The notes under the pieces are model-generated. The model made no database searches, had not been told where the DNA came from, and worked only from the letters and a program-made list of their open reading frames with translations. A program made the translations under genes and the position numbers. A DNA stretch of 63,998 nucleotides, counting the filler, from Octopus bimaculoides (Eukaryota): assembly GCF_001194135.2 (NCBI RefSeq). It is 9 parts of 9 records of this genome, joined end to end, with 100 filler letters (N's around TTAATTAATTAA, not from the genome) between each part and the next. Parts side by side here need not be neighbours in the genome. Positions count along the whole stretch, not along the records: positions 32,519 to 41,362 come from NC_068999.1; positions 41,463 to 45,557 come from NC_068987.1; positions 45,658 to 51,255 come from NC_069006.1; positions 51,356 to 62,293 come from NC_068981.1; 5 more parts are not named here. One strand, 5' to 3'. Of this stretch, positions 37,811-51,484 are shown one piece after another. Every line of letters begins with the position of its first letter. The stretch's first letter is position 1.

Positions 37811-39240
37811 ATTTATTTGTGAGGTGTATTTTTCATATTTATCTCCTGCTGTTCACTTGGTTGTGTTAAATAAATATGCATACTTAGTGTTCATGCCTTA
37901 ATTACAACATTTATTAAGCATTTTACTCGGCTTATAAATCTACAATTTCAATATATTTGTTTTAATTTTACAGCAACTTCTCGGTAGTCTTAGGTTCTTC
38001 TTCAAGCATTTTTATTTTCGTTCGTTATTGTTTCTTTATGTTGTTACAACTTTTGTTTGTTTACTTACTTCAATTAAGGTCTTCAGTTATTCTTTAGCAA
38101 TTATTACTTCCGGTTATTATCTAAAGTATCTTTCTAATTTACTTGCGACTTAATAAATGGCTTTGTTTTTAATTATTTTCCTGCAGTTGTCTAAATTCCG
38201 TAATTGTTACTTAGTGTTTTTGCTACTGTTGTTTTCGTGAATTTCGTGATTTTTGGAATGATGTTGTTATATTTTTCCTTGATTAGCTAAAGATAAGTAC
38301 TCTTAATGATCTACTTGACCTTTGAGCTTCCCAATTCTGCTGCAATGACCGATATTTTCTCTTAAATTGGCACTTTAGAGATTTCACTGCTCTATAGTAG
38401 TTTTCTCTAAAAATAGTCTAAGTAGCTAGATTATTAACCGCATAGACACGAGTTCATATAATTAGACCACTGCAACAGACAGAAAGTCACGGATTTCTTA
38501 AACGCTCTATTGTGATAGGTGATGAGAATCGATAAAATCTATTGCTGTTTTATTAGATACTTCGAACAAACCAAACAAAATGACCTAATAGATTTTAGTG
38601 CAGGTTATCAATAGTTGTCTCTTTCTACATGTCACGGTTTCAAAATCTAATCAAATGCCACCTCACTTTGGGTATTTCAGCAAGTGCATCATAATAATCT
38701 TATACTATTAAAATGAAAAACCTACAGAGATCAGGATTTACAAAAGAAGATAAAATTATAAATAACTATTAAGTTGTTGACAATAGAGATTTAAACGTAA
38801 ATGTGAAAATTCGTGAATGTTTACAGGGGGGTCCATTAGTAAATAAAGTAAATAATCTGTTTCTGTGATTTCCGGGAAAATCGTTTCTTTTTCCAACTTT
38901 CTCCACTTTATTTCTTTTTCTTGAATACGTGACAAGAGCAATTACGAAATAGTTGTGTATGTAAAAGATGTTGAGTAAAATTGAAATAAGTACACTGCAT
39001 AAACTTTACACAGTGGAAATGCAACATTACACATAATACGACTGTTATAAAGTGAACGTTTGGGTTACAAGTGTTTCACGTTAGCAACCATAGATATGTA
39101 TGGTGGAAGTCAACTCGTGTCCGAGTAAAACGTCTAGAAAGATATAAAATTTTTGGTATTATCATGCATCGCAAAGATAGGACAACTGATAGCCTCAGGT
39201 TTGCTGGCCATTCCCAAAATTATGTAAGCTGTATTTAGAC

Positions 39241-39493
39241 AAGTGTTTCTCAATCGAGATCCATATGACCTTCGGAGGTACGTAAAAAGGTTTTGTTATT
39301 AAAATTTATATTCTATACGCTGCTTTTACTTCTACATTATGCAAAATATTTTAACGTTTTTTCTTATACAATACTTAATATTTAATTACAAAAATATAAT
39401 AGGATATTTTTAACATCGTATGGCTATGAGGGTCTGCCCGAGTAAAATAGGAATCACAAGGGTTTACAGGAAAACTATGGTTGAGAGACACTG
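39241..39493. mobile_element. hAT (Buster-type) MITE with 8-bp TSD
   Basis: TIRs AAGTGTTTCTCAATC and GGTTGAGAGACACTG; TSD ATTTAGAC / ATTCAGAC. Confidence 0.8.
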
Positions 39494-39973
39494 ATTCAGA
39501 CTAATTATTTTAGGTTCTTCCTGGATTATCAAGTGTGCAGTGACATCACTGAGACACGTGTTACTGAATCTCTTCATCACTATAGTTTGAAAAAGAAGCA
39601 AAATCTCAATGCACCCGTGTGGAGATGTGAAATTATATATTTTCCTCTAGTTGTGCCTAAATATTACCCTTCACCCTCTCTCTGCAAAAGTTTCCGATAC
39701 ATAATTTTCTAAGTATTTCCGCAGACAAAATTGGTTACATAGTGAGTGAAGCATACACAGAAATGCGTTTGCGTTTCTGTCAGAAGAGCTTTCCTCCAAG
39801 CAGCCTACATAGGAGGACAGACCAGAAACTCATTGATCCTTAAATTTGATGCTAGAATATCCTTCTAGACAAATGTCATAAAAAATAAAAACAAAATGCT
39901 TGGGATCCTTCAGTCGAATTTAGTCTTAAAAATCGTTCCTTTTATATCATGAGCCTCTCAATGTACCTCTGAA

Positions 39974-40168
39974 GGCGGTGAGCTGGCAGAAACGTTAGCA
40001 CACCGGGTGAAATGCTTAGCGGTATTTCGTCTGTCTTTACGTTCTGAGTTCAAATTTCGCCGAGGTCGACTTCGCTTTTCATCCTTTCAATGTCGATAAA
40101 TTAAGTACCAGTTGCGTACTAATCCCCCCCCCCACAAATTTCGGGCATTGTGCTTAGAGTAGGAAAGA
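39974..40168 (+). mobile_element. SINE family B
   Basis: GGCGGTGAGCTGGCAGAAACG..GAGTTCAAATTT..GTCGAC. Confidence 0.88.
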
Positions 40169-40986
40169 ATGTACCTGTGCCAGATTTTAGTTGGTTATTG
40201 ACAGCTCCTCTCTCATGCATATTTTGGTGGAATGTATGTTTCACCCTAAATGGCATTCAGAATGAATTTTCTACCACACAAATTTTGTGGGGTTGTCAGT
40301 ACAGCTAGCAATGTCCTGTACTTGCAGCTCATTGTACTGGGATACATGTTACCCTTGGTGATGTAAAGTGACTTGAAATAAGTTACACACATACATACAT
40401 ACTCACGTACGCACACGCATGCATATGCATAGAATACATAATATATATGTGTACGCAAATAATATTATATATGTATCCACAGTGCGTTTGCGCTTATATT
40501 CACAGACAGTGTCTAGCTTTCCTGTTCTGAATCATTGGATTTAATCAATCTGGCATCAGTTCCGGTTATAAGGTTATAAGGTCAGAAACTCATGGAAAAT
40601 TATCAGGAAAAGAAATGATGAAACATCTTTAAATGATTAGATGAACAAGTAGAATAACTACGAGGATGATTAACTTCAAGTAGATCCGTACTATACACAA
40701 GCACATACACACGCACACAGAGACACACATACACACACACACGTGTGTGTATATGTGTGTGTAAGTGTGTATCTACAAAATGGAGTGGAGTCAATATTCG
40801 ATAAAAATCAATTCCATTAATGAAATGTAAAATTATTACTACAATTATACAGAGATAAACTCTATGTTCGGCATCGAAAGATTCTTGCGGGTGTCTACGT
40901 ATATGTCACGCACGTATGGTTGGTGTTTACGAGCATATTTCTCCATCGGTGTATATATTTATATAGATATGTATGTATATATACTG

Positions 40987-41362
40987 TTTTACTGTTTTAC
41001 TTGTTTCAGTCTTTTTGACTGTGGCTATGCTGGAGCACCGCCTTTAGTCGAGCAAATCCACCCCAGGACTTATTCTTTGGAAGCCTAGTACTTATTCTAT
41101 CGGTCTCTTTTTGCCGAACCACTAAGTTACGGGAACGTAAACACACCAGTATCGGTTGTCAAGCCATGTTGGGGGGACAAATATAGACACACAAACAAAT
41201 ACACACATACATACATATATATACACATCATATACGACGGGCTTCTTTCAGTTTCCGTCTACCAAATCCACTCACAAGGCTTTGGTCGGCCCGAGGCTAT
41301 AGTAGAAGACACTTGCCCAAGATGCCACGCAATGGGACTGAACACGGAACCGTGTGGTTGGT
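40987..41362 (-). mobile_element. SINE family A, near full length
   Basis: Homologous to 25583-25985. Confidence 0.88.
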
Positions 41363-41462
41363 NNNNNNNNNNNNNNNNNNNNNNNNNNNNNNNNNNNNNN
41401 NNNNNNTTAATTAATTAANNNNNNNNNNNNNNNNNNNNNNNNNNNNNNNNNNNNNNNNNNNN

Positions 41463-41733
41463 CTCAGATATCTGGATGGTTGTATATTTACAGATTTTTA
41501 TTAATATGTCACATTTTTTTAATAAAATAGCGCTTGCATCTATTCTTGTAGATTCTCCAGATTTAATTTTTGTCTTTTTATATAGTATTATAGTAATACT
41601 ATAAAAAGAGACAAATCCTCTCAAGAAAAATTAAATCTGGAGAATCTACAAGAATAGATGCAAGCGCTAATTTATAAAAACATGTGACATATTAATAAAA
41701 ATCTGTAAATGTACAACCGTCCAGATCTCTGAG
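41463..41733. repeat. Foldback element, arms of about 108 bp plus a nested inner palindrome
   Basis: CTCAGATATCTGG..CCAGATTTAATTTT versus AAAATTAAATCTGG..CCAGATCTCTGAG; left end abuts a gap. Confidence 0.9.
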
Positions 41734-42487
41734 TACCTTATTATTTATTCATCACCTCCAAACCTTCTAATACACACACACACACACACACACACACTCA
41801 TATGTCTTATGCTATACGTATAAACCATGGAAAGGCATGACGCTGTGGTTTTTGTGTTGGAGAAAATCCCTTCATTGACATGCAGTATTAAAACACAACA
41901 TATATAGGAACGAGACAAATACCGTCCCACAGGTCAATGACATATAGCCGCTAGTCACAATCCTTCACGAGGTCTGTCCTCTCTCTAATGTATACAAATA
42001 CACGCAGACGTTTATATTTACTTTTAAGATAGGGTAAACAGCAAACCCTTGTGGAAGAACAAGTTGCTCGTTATTCTTATTAAAAACTGTCAAGTAGTAT
42101 GACTCTTTCCATTTGTTGGTTGCATCATTTTAATCTCAAATTAATGCTTATATTATTCGGGGTGCGGCAAAGTACTCTTCCCACATGCACAAGTATTAAT
42201 AAACATTTTAGCCACAAATGGGCAGTGCGCAACTGTACAAACATTGATGATAAATATATAAACAAACGAGTGCACATTAATTGCACGGAAGCACCAATAC
42301 TATCTGTATAACTTCGGTAGTACCACACCAGTGGTCGTGTAAAATATTTGCTATATTTCTGGCCGTATTCTGTACATCCTAATTCCATTGTTAACTCAAC
42401 TAGTAATTAAACAAGACATACAGATTATAATTAACATCAATATATACAGTAAGTGAGTGTGTATGTTTGCGTATGTGTGTGTGTGTA

Positions 42488-42704
42488 CGAGGGAACGCTG
42501 GGAAGTTCTTGGTTTTAAGGGTGTCGTGAAAGGCCTGGCTGGAAGTCTAATCTTCCGAGATCTTTTACAAGGCTTAAAAAACTGAAGGACTACTGCAATA
42601 AACGGGTGAATCTGAGAGGGGAACGTGTTTAAATAAAATCATAATGAACTGATCCTCCTGTATTTTCTCTTACCCGAAGCCAGGAACTTTTCAGCAGCCC
42701 CTCG
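42488..42704 (+). mobile_element. Mariner-derived MITE
   Basis: TA-CGAGGG..AAGTTCTTGG and CCAGGAACTTTTCAGCAGCCCCTCG TIRs; internal FYKGLKKLKDYCNKRVNLRGERV resembles the mariner C-terminus. Confidence 0.75.
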
Positions 42705-42858
42705 AATAGCTGTGGCTTTTTCAATGGCCATTCTTATGTGATTGGCTTTTGGTGAAGGAGGGAGTTCGATGCTGTTGTCCTGTTTTGAGTTTCCTGCCTT
42801 GATCAAGGTTCATCTGAGACCTTGGGTAGCAGGAGGTCAAGTTGTTTCTTCCCCCCCC

Positions 42859-42916
<58 letters not shown>

Positions 42917-43674
42917 ATACAAAGAATATATATACATGTATACACACATATATGTACATACTTACATCTACATGTGTATATACATGCATATCAGGGTACA
43001 GGACGTTACAACAATAAACTACAGACAACGGNNNNNNNNNNNNNNNNNNNNNNNNNNNNNNNNNNNNNNNNNNNNNNNNNNNNNNNNNNNNNNNNNNNNN
43101 NNNNNNNNNNNNNNNNNNNNNNNNNNNNNNNNNNNNNNNNNNNNNNNNNNNNNNNNNNNNNNNNNNNNNNNNNNNNNNNNNNNNNNNNNNNNNNNNNNNN
43201 NNNNNNNNNNNNNNNNNNNNNNNNNNNNNNNNNNNNNNNNNNNNNNNNNNNNNNNNNNNNNNNNNNNNNNNNNNNNNNNNNNNNNNNNNNNNNNNNNNNN
43301 NNNNNNNNNNNNNNNNNNNNNNNNNNNNNNNNNNNNNNNNNNNNNNNNNNNNNNNNNNNNNNNNNNNNNNNNNNNNNNNNNNNNNNNNNNNNNNNNNNNN
43401 NNNNNNNNNNNNNNNNNNNNNNNNNNNNNNNNNNNNNNNNNNNNNNNNNNNNNNNNNNNNNNNNNNNNNNNNNNNNNNNNNNNNNNNNNNNNNNNNNNNN
43501 NNNNNNNNNNNNNNNNNNNNNNNNNNNNNNNNNNNNNNNNNNNNNNNNNNNNNNNNNNNNNNNNNNNNNNNNNNNNNNNNNNNNNNNNNNNNNNNNNNNN
43601 NNNNNNNNNNNNNNNNNNNNNNNNNNNNNNNNNNNNNNNNNNNNNNNNNNNNNNNNNNNNNNNNNNNNNNNNNN

Positions 43675-43862
43675 GGAAGAAAGAGTGAGAGAAAGTTGGG
43701 ACGAAAGAGTACAACAGGGGTCGCCAACAGCGCCTGCCGGAGCCTTGTGGAGCTTCTAGATGTTTTCGCTCAATAAACACACACAACACCCGGTCTTGGA
43801 ATCGAAACCGCGATCCTTCGACCGCGAGTCCGCTGCCCTAACTACTGGGCCATTGCACCTCC
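43675..43862 (-). mobile_element. SINE family C, 5' part (gap-truncated)
   Basis: Matches 22190-22371. Confidence 0.85.
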
Positions 43863-43884
43863 ATATATATATATATTCTTTTAT

Positions 43885-44075
43885 TTTTTTCTACTTGTTT
43901 CAGTCATTTGACTGCGGCCACACAGACGACAGTCTTTCAACTCGCAAGTGTTTGGTCGGACCGAGGCCATCGTAGAAAATATTAAGATACTAACCTACGA
44001 TGTCACGCAGTGGGTCTGAACCCGGTGTCATGTGGTTATGAAGCAAGCGCTTCTTGCTGCACAGCCACACCCACG
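43885..44075 (-). mobile_element. SINE family A, internally deleted
   Basis: Tail and head motifs joined. Confidence 0.7.
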
Positions 44076-44975
44076 CCTACATAGATATGTAAATGCAGGA
44101 ACGATATGTTATAGTTCAGTGAAGAGAACAAAACAAGAGCGTACAAACTGCAACGACAACAGTTACGTAGTCGTGTGTAGGTGTTAACACTCAGAGTGTA
44201 TCAGTTTTGCTTGTGAGTCATCGACACTGGTTAAGTGATACCTTTTAATATGTGATCTTGTTCGTACATATATAGAGCAAGTATACTCTGCGCGGGTTAA
44301 GAAGTACATTTTGCTAACCCGTGACTCAAGGTTCGAGCCTACTTAACGGCAATTGTCATGAGGTGTCTTTCATCGTAGAATTGGATCGCCCACACGCCAC
44401 ATCAGTACGTTTACGAAGGAAAAATTCGTTGAGAGACGTAAACCGACCCGAAACTTGTCATATACGCGCGCGTGTGTGTGTGTGTGTGTATGTGTGTGAG
44501 TGTGTGTTCTTTTATTGTTTTACACGTTTCGGTCGTTTGACTGCGGCTATGCTGGAGCACCACCTTAAATGGTTTTAATCGAAGAAATCGACCCCAGGAC
44601 TTATTCTTTGTAAGACGAGTATTATGCTAGAAGACCACCTATGGTCTTCTAGCATAATGGATGTCCACTTAGTGGTCATCCCTCTTATATGTATGTAATA
44701 TAATTTTTCTGAATCTTCAGATCTTTCAATTTGCTAAGCCACTGGTTTTGAATTGATATTAATTAAATTAATACTCAATTTTTCACCTTTATGATTTATA
44801 TCTATCTATCGACCTCAGTACGCAACTGGTACTTAATTTATCGACCCCGAAAGGATGAAAGGCAAAGTCGATCTCGGCGGAATTTGAACTCGGAACATAT
44901 TTATTATATATATATATATATGTATTGTACACCCACACATCTGCCCCATTCAGTAACGCCAGCTAGTAATAATCA

Positions 44976-45041
<66 letters not shown>

Positions 45042-45819
45042 AGTGTACGGATATATATGCCTATGTATGAATGCGTCCGTGTGTGTGTGTGTGTGTATGC
45101 ACAAATTATATTCTACATAAGACAGGGAGCCGTAAAGCGATGAGACGAGCAAGTCTGCTACTAGACTGCTGAACTAGCAGACTGGCAGACTGACAGACTA
45201 GCAGACTACTACAAGTAAGTCTGGCGTGGTACCATTGCGAAAGCTGTTAAGTTGAGAGGAAGAAAGGTGGGACGTCCCCACCGTACCGTGACGGCCTACT
45301 GGCGGTGGTGTTAACGCCGATGTTAATGGTAGGCTAATGATGGTGAAGATGGGGTTGACGGCGTTTGCCGTGGTGGTGGTGGTGGTGTGGTGGTGGTGGT
45401 GGTGGTGGTGGTGATGTCTGTAAGCTGGTAAGTTGAAGATGGAGTTCTGTTTGCTTTTTACGTAGCGGCGACGGTAGTGTCGGTACTGAGCTTTCCGTAT
45501 AACAATTACACGAAAGGCGATGGCGGTAGTGGTTCCAATATTGCCGTAGTGTTGGTANNNNNNNNNNNNNNNNNNNNNNNNNNNNNNNNNNNNNNNNNNN
45601 NTTAATTAATTAANNNNNNNNNNNNNNNNNNNNNNNNNNNNNNNNNNNNNNNNNNNNATGGCTCTGGTCCATCCACTCCATCTCTCTATAGGGGTCTTCC
45701 GAAATAAGATTAAGATTAAGATTAATGTAATATAAAGCTGAAAAAAAAAAAAAATTAACACCAAATATACAGTGCGTGTGTTTTTATTGGCTAAACTGGC
45801 AATATGACCATCCCCAAGT

Positions 45820-45861
<42 letters not shown>

Positions 45862-46400
45862 CTTTGATAACATTGATAGGTTTCGACCAGTATAGACCCA
45901 GGTCATGTCTAACTTAATAGCACCACCTGGTGAAGTCTTTTTGTCATATATGGGGCTCCATGGCTCACTCTAGCAAAGAGTTAGTATTGTTGGAGATATA
46001 TCCCGGGGTAGGAGGTTGGTCAGGGATTTTTTGAAGAAATTTGTCCAGTGAACATTTGAATTGTATGGGATCCGTTTCCGTTTTGACGTATTTTGATATG
46101 GTATTAAAGAGATCTGGACCGGTTGCGGTAAAGTAATTGTGACGTAATGTTGCTATGTATACCGAGTTCGATTTTTGTAGTGGGCGGATAGCACGTGGGT
46201 CAAGTCTTAGATGGATTTTAAAATTGATGCCAACATCATTTGTGCAATTTTGATGGAATACAATATTTTCCACGTCACACACATGATGTAGCGATCCTGG
46301 CGGCGTCGCAGAGAGTAGAGATTGATTTTTCTTAGTCGACCCCAATAGTCAATGCTTCTCATGCCGTCTATCTTTCTTGTATGGACCTCTGGAGTACCTC
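45862..46400 (-). mobile_element. CR1-clade LINE 3' end
   Basis: With frameshifts: RKIDGMRSIDYWGRLRKINLYSLRRRQDRY; GPDLFN..FKCSLDKFLQKIPDQPPTPGY..NSLLE. Confidence 0.8.
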
Positions 46401-46539
46401 TACTTTCATAATGAGTCGACTTCCCATTACGTTTGAGGTTTTCGCTTTGAAAATACTTCGTTTCGGGTATACGTCCGTTGTGACATTCTTATTTTTCCAT
46501 CGCCCCTTATAGCACAACCAGTTGCTGTTCATCCTTCTT

Positions 46540-47010
46540 GGTAGCAGTCTACGTCTCACCTGTGTATAAGTCTATTTCGTCTTCACATCGTCTTGGAAGC
46601 CTTCCGAGTGGTCTCCTCCGAATGTCTTGGATGCCCCTCGAAACCGCATCGGTCTGTGATCCTTTAGACATGTTCGACCCAGAGGAACTTATGCTTTCAA
46701 TATTCCGCCATCACTCCGTTCTCAAAGTACCACGTCTCGGATATTCTTTCAGTGGCCCTCTTTGTTTCATAGTCAGTCGATATCCTTCCTTCTTCGTAGC
46801 GCCACAGGAACACCGTATAAAGAGTGAAGGGGCTATAGAAAAGACAGACACGTAACATCTTCTTAAGTTGTGCTTTGAGAACAACTTTAATCTCTCCAAA
46901 GACCTTCCGTCCACACCTTGCCCAGTATAGAGGCTCAGCATTCATACCTCGCCAGGTAATTTTTGTCTGTCCTAATCTGACGTACCCCACCTCAGCAATT
47001 TGCATTCATA
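46540..47010 (-). mobile_element. RTE-clade LINE 3' ORF fragment, degenerate
   Basis: KVFGEIKVVLK..; FLWVEHV*R..RRRPLGRLPRRCEDEI resembles LRWxGHV..RGRPxxRWxD. Confidence 0.55.
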
Positions 47011-47100
47011 CAGGTATGAATGATTTCAGACACACACACACACCACACACACACACACATACACACATATTGTCAGTGTATTATATATCCTAAAAAGAAG

Positions 47101-50065
47101 CAGGCGTCGGCAACCTATGGCACGCGTGCCATGTGTGATACTTGAACCAATTCATAATAGCATGCATGCCTCTTGGCAAAAATTTAACGTAAATTATATA
47201 TATCAGGAAGCGATATCATAATAATGAAATTACATCGTTACATGTCTTTTTTTATGATCCATCTATTCTAACCTAAACTATCAGAAGTTAGCTGTATTCG
47301 GTAGCATAACATTTCCTTCAAAATAAAGTACTACCGAACACAAATAATTTTGACGATACCAAATTATAAATGTTAGCACAGTTAACTTGCTGTTTGTAAG
47401 CTGGCGCTGAAAGCATTTAGATGTAGTTTATTACTTAAGCCAGGAGTTAGAGCCGCAAACGCCTATTTTTGGAAATCAGTTGTATATTTAGCAGTTCAGA
47501 TCATATGTTAAAATTAGTTAACCTCTTTACAGCAGCCAGTCTAAATAAGAACACTCTGAAAATGGGCTCCTACAATGCAGGTCGTCTATATGTAGACTCT
47601 TTTAAAATTATTATCTCATTAATGTTATAATGGAAAGAAAAAGCGGTAGTGAGAAGAGTTTTCAAAGACAAACATGAAAAATTAGAAATTATACTTATTT
47701 CCTTTGGTTTCAATTTCTCCTTTGTGAGTCAAGTTGTTCGATTTTTTTAGTGTCTTTTTTTTCTGTTTATTCTTACTTTTTATTTTAATGTAATTATTTT
47801 TATTATTAAGAAAATTTGTTCAATAAATTTATTTCCTTTTTTTTTGTTTTTTTCATTTTTTAAACTATTTTATTCTAATTATTTTTATTTACTTATATTT
47901 CTTTTTAATTGTAGAATCTGGTTTAAGGGTTTATACACCTGTTAATATTAATTATCAATATATAGTGTCCCAAGATGATAACAAAAGACAAAAACTTGAC
48001 GTTCGTTTATTTCAAGATTTCTATAGAACTGAGTATGGATTTGTACAACAAAATGATTGTGCTGCGTGTGCATTCTGCTGTGAATCTGTCGTATGTCGTA
48101 CATCAAGTGTACAAAGACACTATCAAACGAGACGCCAGACTACATTTTAAAACGCTGATGAGAAAAGTCAAGCCATAAAAAGGGTCATTTCTAGTTACGA
48201 AAAAAAGCACTTCTGTTTTTGTTCAAATGCTTGGAACCAAAAATAAAGCCAGTGAATGTAGTTACACAATCGCTCATTGTATGGCTGAGAAAGGTAAACC
48301 TTTTACAGATGGAGAATTTATCAAAAACGTTTTTTCTAAGAATTGCTAATATTTTGTTCAGTGATTTATCAAACGCTGAAACAATTCAAGAAATACCAGT
48401 TTCTGCAAAATTAATTGAGAGACGTATAACTGATATAGCTGAAAAGATAACAATAAAAGAAAATGCTGGATTACAAAATGCTGCTGCATTCAGTGACACC
48501 TATCGATGAAAGTACAGACGTGAATGACATGACGAGCCTAGCAATTGCTGCAGGATAACTGTGACAATGATCGTATTTAGGAAGAATCATGTTGATTCCT
48601 CTTACCAATACAACTACAGGACAGGACATTCTGACTGCATTTGTAAATTATTTCGATAATCAAGCCATTAATATAAATAAAATATGTTGTATTACTGCTG
48701 ATGGTGCACGTTCAATGGTTTGAAAGGAAAAGGGATTTGTTAAACTTCTTGAAAATCATATTGGACACAATGAAGTGAGTTTTAATTGCATTATACATCA
48801 GGAAAATTTAGTTTCAAAACTTTCGTCACAAAGCTTGAGTTCTGTGATGGAGACTGTTGTTAAAATAGTTAACTTCATAGTTTCTCGCTCTTCGCTGACT
48901 CACAGACAATTTAAGTCCCTTCTGTAAGAATTGGACAGCGAATATGCAGGCCTCCCACTACACAGCTTAGTCGGGTTAATGTTTTGAACAGATTTGTATC
49001 ATGCTTAGAAGAAATCAAAATATTCCTTGCAAAGAAATATTTCCCAGAATTGAACATTGAAGACTGCTTATTTAAATTGATGTTTCTAACTGACATAAGC
49101 AAATACTTGAATGATTTAAATTTGCATTTACAATGGAGAGATCAAACAGTATTTGATATTTTTGAAAACTGGAAAGGATTTTTGTTAAAATAAGATATTT
49201 TGGGGCGTCATATACAAATACTTTCCAAATGTTAAAGCTTATTCAAATCGATTTAATGTTGATAAAAATGAACTTCAAAAATATATTGCAACGTTCAAAG
49301 AAGAATTTTCTAAGCGAGATAAAGATTTCGAAACTTACGCTCCTATATTTTCTTTTCTGGTCAAACTGGACTTGATTGATTTGAAATCGAACCCATTTGC
49401 TCTATCACATTTTGAGTGAATGCCCATCGATAGTTTTGAAATGGAAATGGTTGAATTAACAACTTGAATTGTGAAAAACAAAATCTGTGGAATTTTGAAA
49501 AACTCTTGAAAGAAGCTACTTGGAGAAGTCTGTTGCCATCTTCAAATGCTGGATGTCATTGCCTGAAAGGTTCTGTTCTTTGAAGAAAATCTCATATGCT
49601 CCGCTTTCAGCCTTTGGCTCAACATATACATGCGAACAAATCTTTCCACATATGAAATCTGTGTTGAGTCCACAAAGAAGTTGTCTGACAATTCAACATT
49701 CGGAAGCTTGCGTGAAGCTAAAAGTCACAAATTATGCACCTGATGTTGAGAAATTAAGCAAAAATGTACAGGGACAAGGTTCTCATTAATTTATAGAAAT
49801 TTAATGCAACTGCTGTTTATAACTTGTTTATAATTTTGTTCTATTGTTTATAATTTGAAAAAACAATTCAATTAATTTTTTAAATAAAATTATATTTGTT
49901 ACCATGCAATTTGAATTATTAAAGGATTAATAAAATAGATTTCTCTTACAGCGAATTTCAAAAAGCATAAACTCTCCTAATAAAAGTGGTAATATGAGGT
50001 TGGCACGTGCAATGCTTTTGGGTACTTGGTCTGGCACCCCATTATCAAAAGGTTGCTGATGCCTG
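47101..50065 (+). mobile_element. Near-full-length hAT DNA transposon (SPIN/Buster-like, GTF2IRD2-type transposase), pseudogenised
   Basis: TIRs CAGGCGTCGGCAACCT and AGGTTGCTGATGCCTG; fragments CAFCCESV..RHY (BED-like), GKPFTDGEFIK, TADGARSM, CIIHQEN, FGSTYTCEQIF..QGSH*; many frameshifts and stops. Confidence 0.92.
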
Positions 50066-50100
50066 TTCTAAAGCATAGAGTAGTAATATATTTATATCCA

Positions 50101-50257
50101 GTTAAGTCCATGTCCGGTCATAGAGTGACCAATGGTTTCGCATCCATAAAGGGCTTAGATATGCCTTTGGTTTTAGAGCCTGGCGAGCCGTCTAAAGGGC
50201 TAACCCCTTTATGGATGCGAAACCGTTGGTCACTCTATGACTGGTCATAGACTTAAG
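50101..50257. mobile_element. Foldback element (arms of about 57 bp) containing a hammerhead motif
   Basis: 50102-50158 is the reverse complement of 50200-50256 with a few mismatches. Confidence 0.85.
50174..50237 (+). ncRNA. Type I hammerhead ribozyme-like motif (A6G variant)
   Basis: TAGAGC-CTGGCGA-GC..TAAAGGG/CCCTTTA..GC-GAA-ACC GTT GGT-C-ACTCTA; canonical GUC site. Confidence 0.65.
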
Positions 50258-50259
50258 TA

Positions 50260-50261
50260 TG

Positions 50262-50353
<92 letters not shown>

Positions 50354-50609
50354 GAATTATAGGGTAAAAGAGAAATTTCCTACCAGTGGCCTAGCATGCA
50401 TAAAATAGTTAAATAGACAACATATTTTTCAAATAAAATTCGTGTACATTTATACACAAAAGAGATGACCACTAACAGGACACCTTAGAATGCTAGAATA
50501 AATTGTCAAAATCCAAACCACGGTTAAGAACAATTTCGTGCAATGCTTCGAAATTGCTAATTGGATTTTGATTGTTCCTTCTAGCATGTAAGGTTTCCTG
50601 TTAGGGGTC

Positions 50610-50707
<98 letters not shown>

Positions 50708-50733
50708 GTTCATATATAATACATTCATATAAA

Positions 50734-50795
<62 letters not shown>

Positions 50796-50900
50796 CATAT
50801 ATATATATATTTATATGAATGTATATGTATGTATGCAAAGGAAAGTGTGCGTCTATATATATGTGTGTGTGTGTGTGAGTGTGTGAGAGAATATGTGTGT
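50260..50900. repeat. Microsatellite cluster (TA)n, (GA)n, (GATA)n, (GT)n
   Basis: Directly visible. Confidence 0.95.
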
Positions 50901-51197
50901 GTATGTATGTATGCATGAGAGAGCAAAATTCGGAGAAGGAGGGACGAAGTGAAAGAAAGAGAAGCCACGTATGCGATGGATTATTGAACACAAGTTTCTG
51001 GATGAGGGATTCGGATAAAATGGAAGAATAAATCTATAAGGTAGATCACCATAAACTGCATGCTTGTATCATATACGTATATGTGCGTGTATGTGTGTAT
51101 ATATATACATACATACATTTATATATGTGAGCATGTATATATGACAAACACACATATATACACAGACAACTACATACATAAATGCCTGCACATATTT

Positions 51198-51255
<58 letters not shown>

Positions 51256-51360
51256 NNNNNNNNNNNNNNNNNNNNNNNNNNNNNNNNNNNNNNNNNNNNT
51301 TAATTAATTAANNNNNNNNNNNNNNNNNNNNNNNNNNNNNNNNNNNNNNNNNNNNTATAT

Positions 51361-51430
<70 letters not shown>

Positions 51431-51448
51431 ATATATATATATGTATGC

Positions 51449-51484
<36 letters not shown>

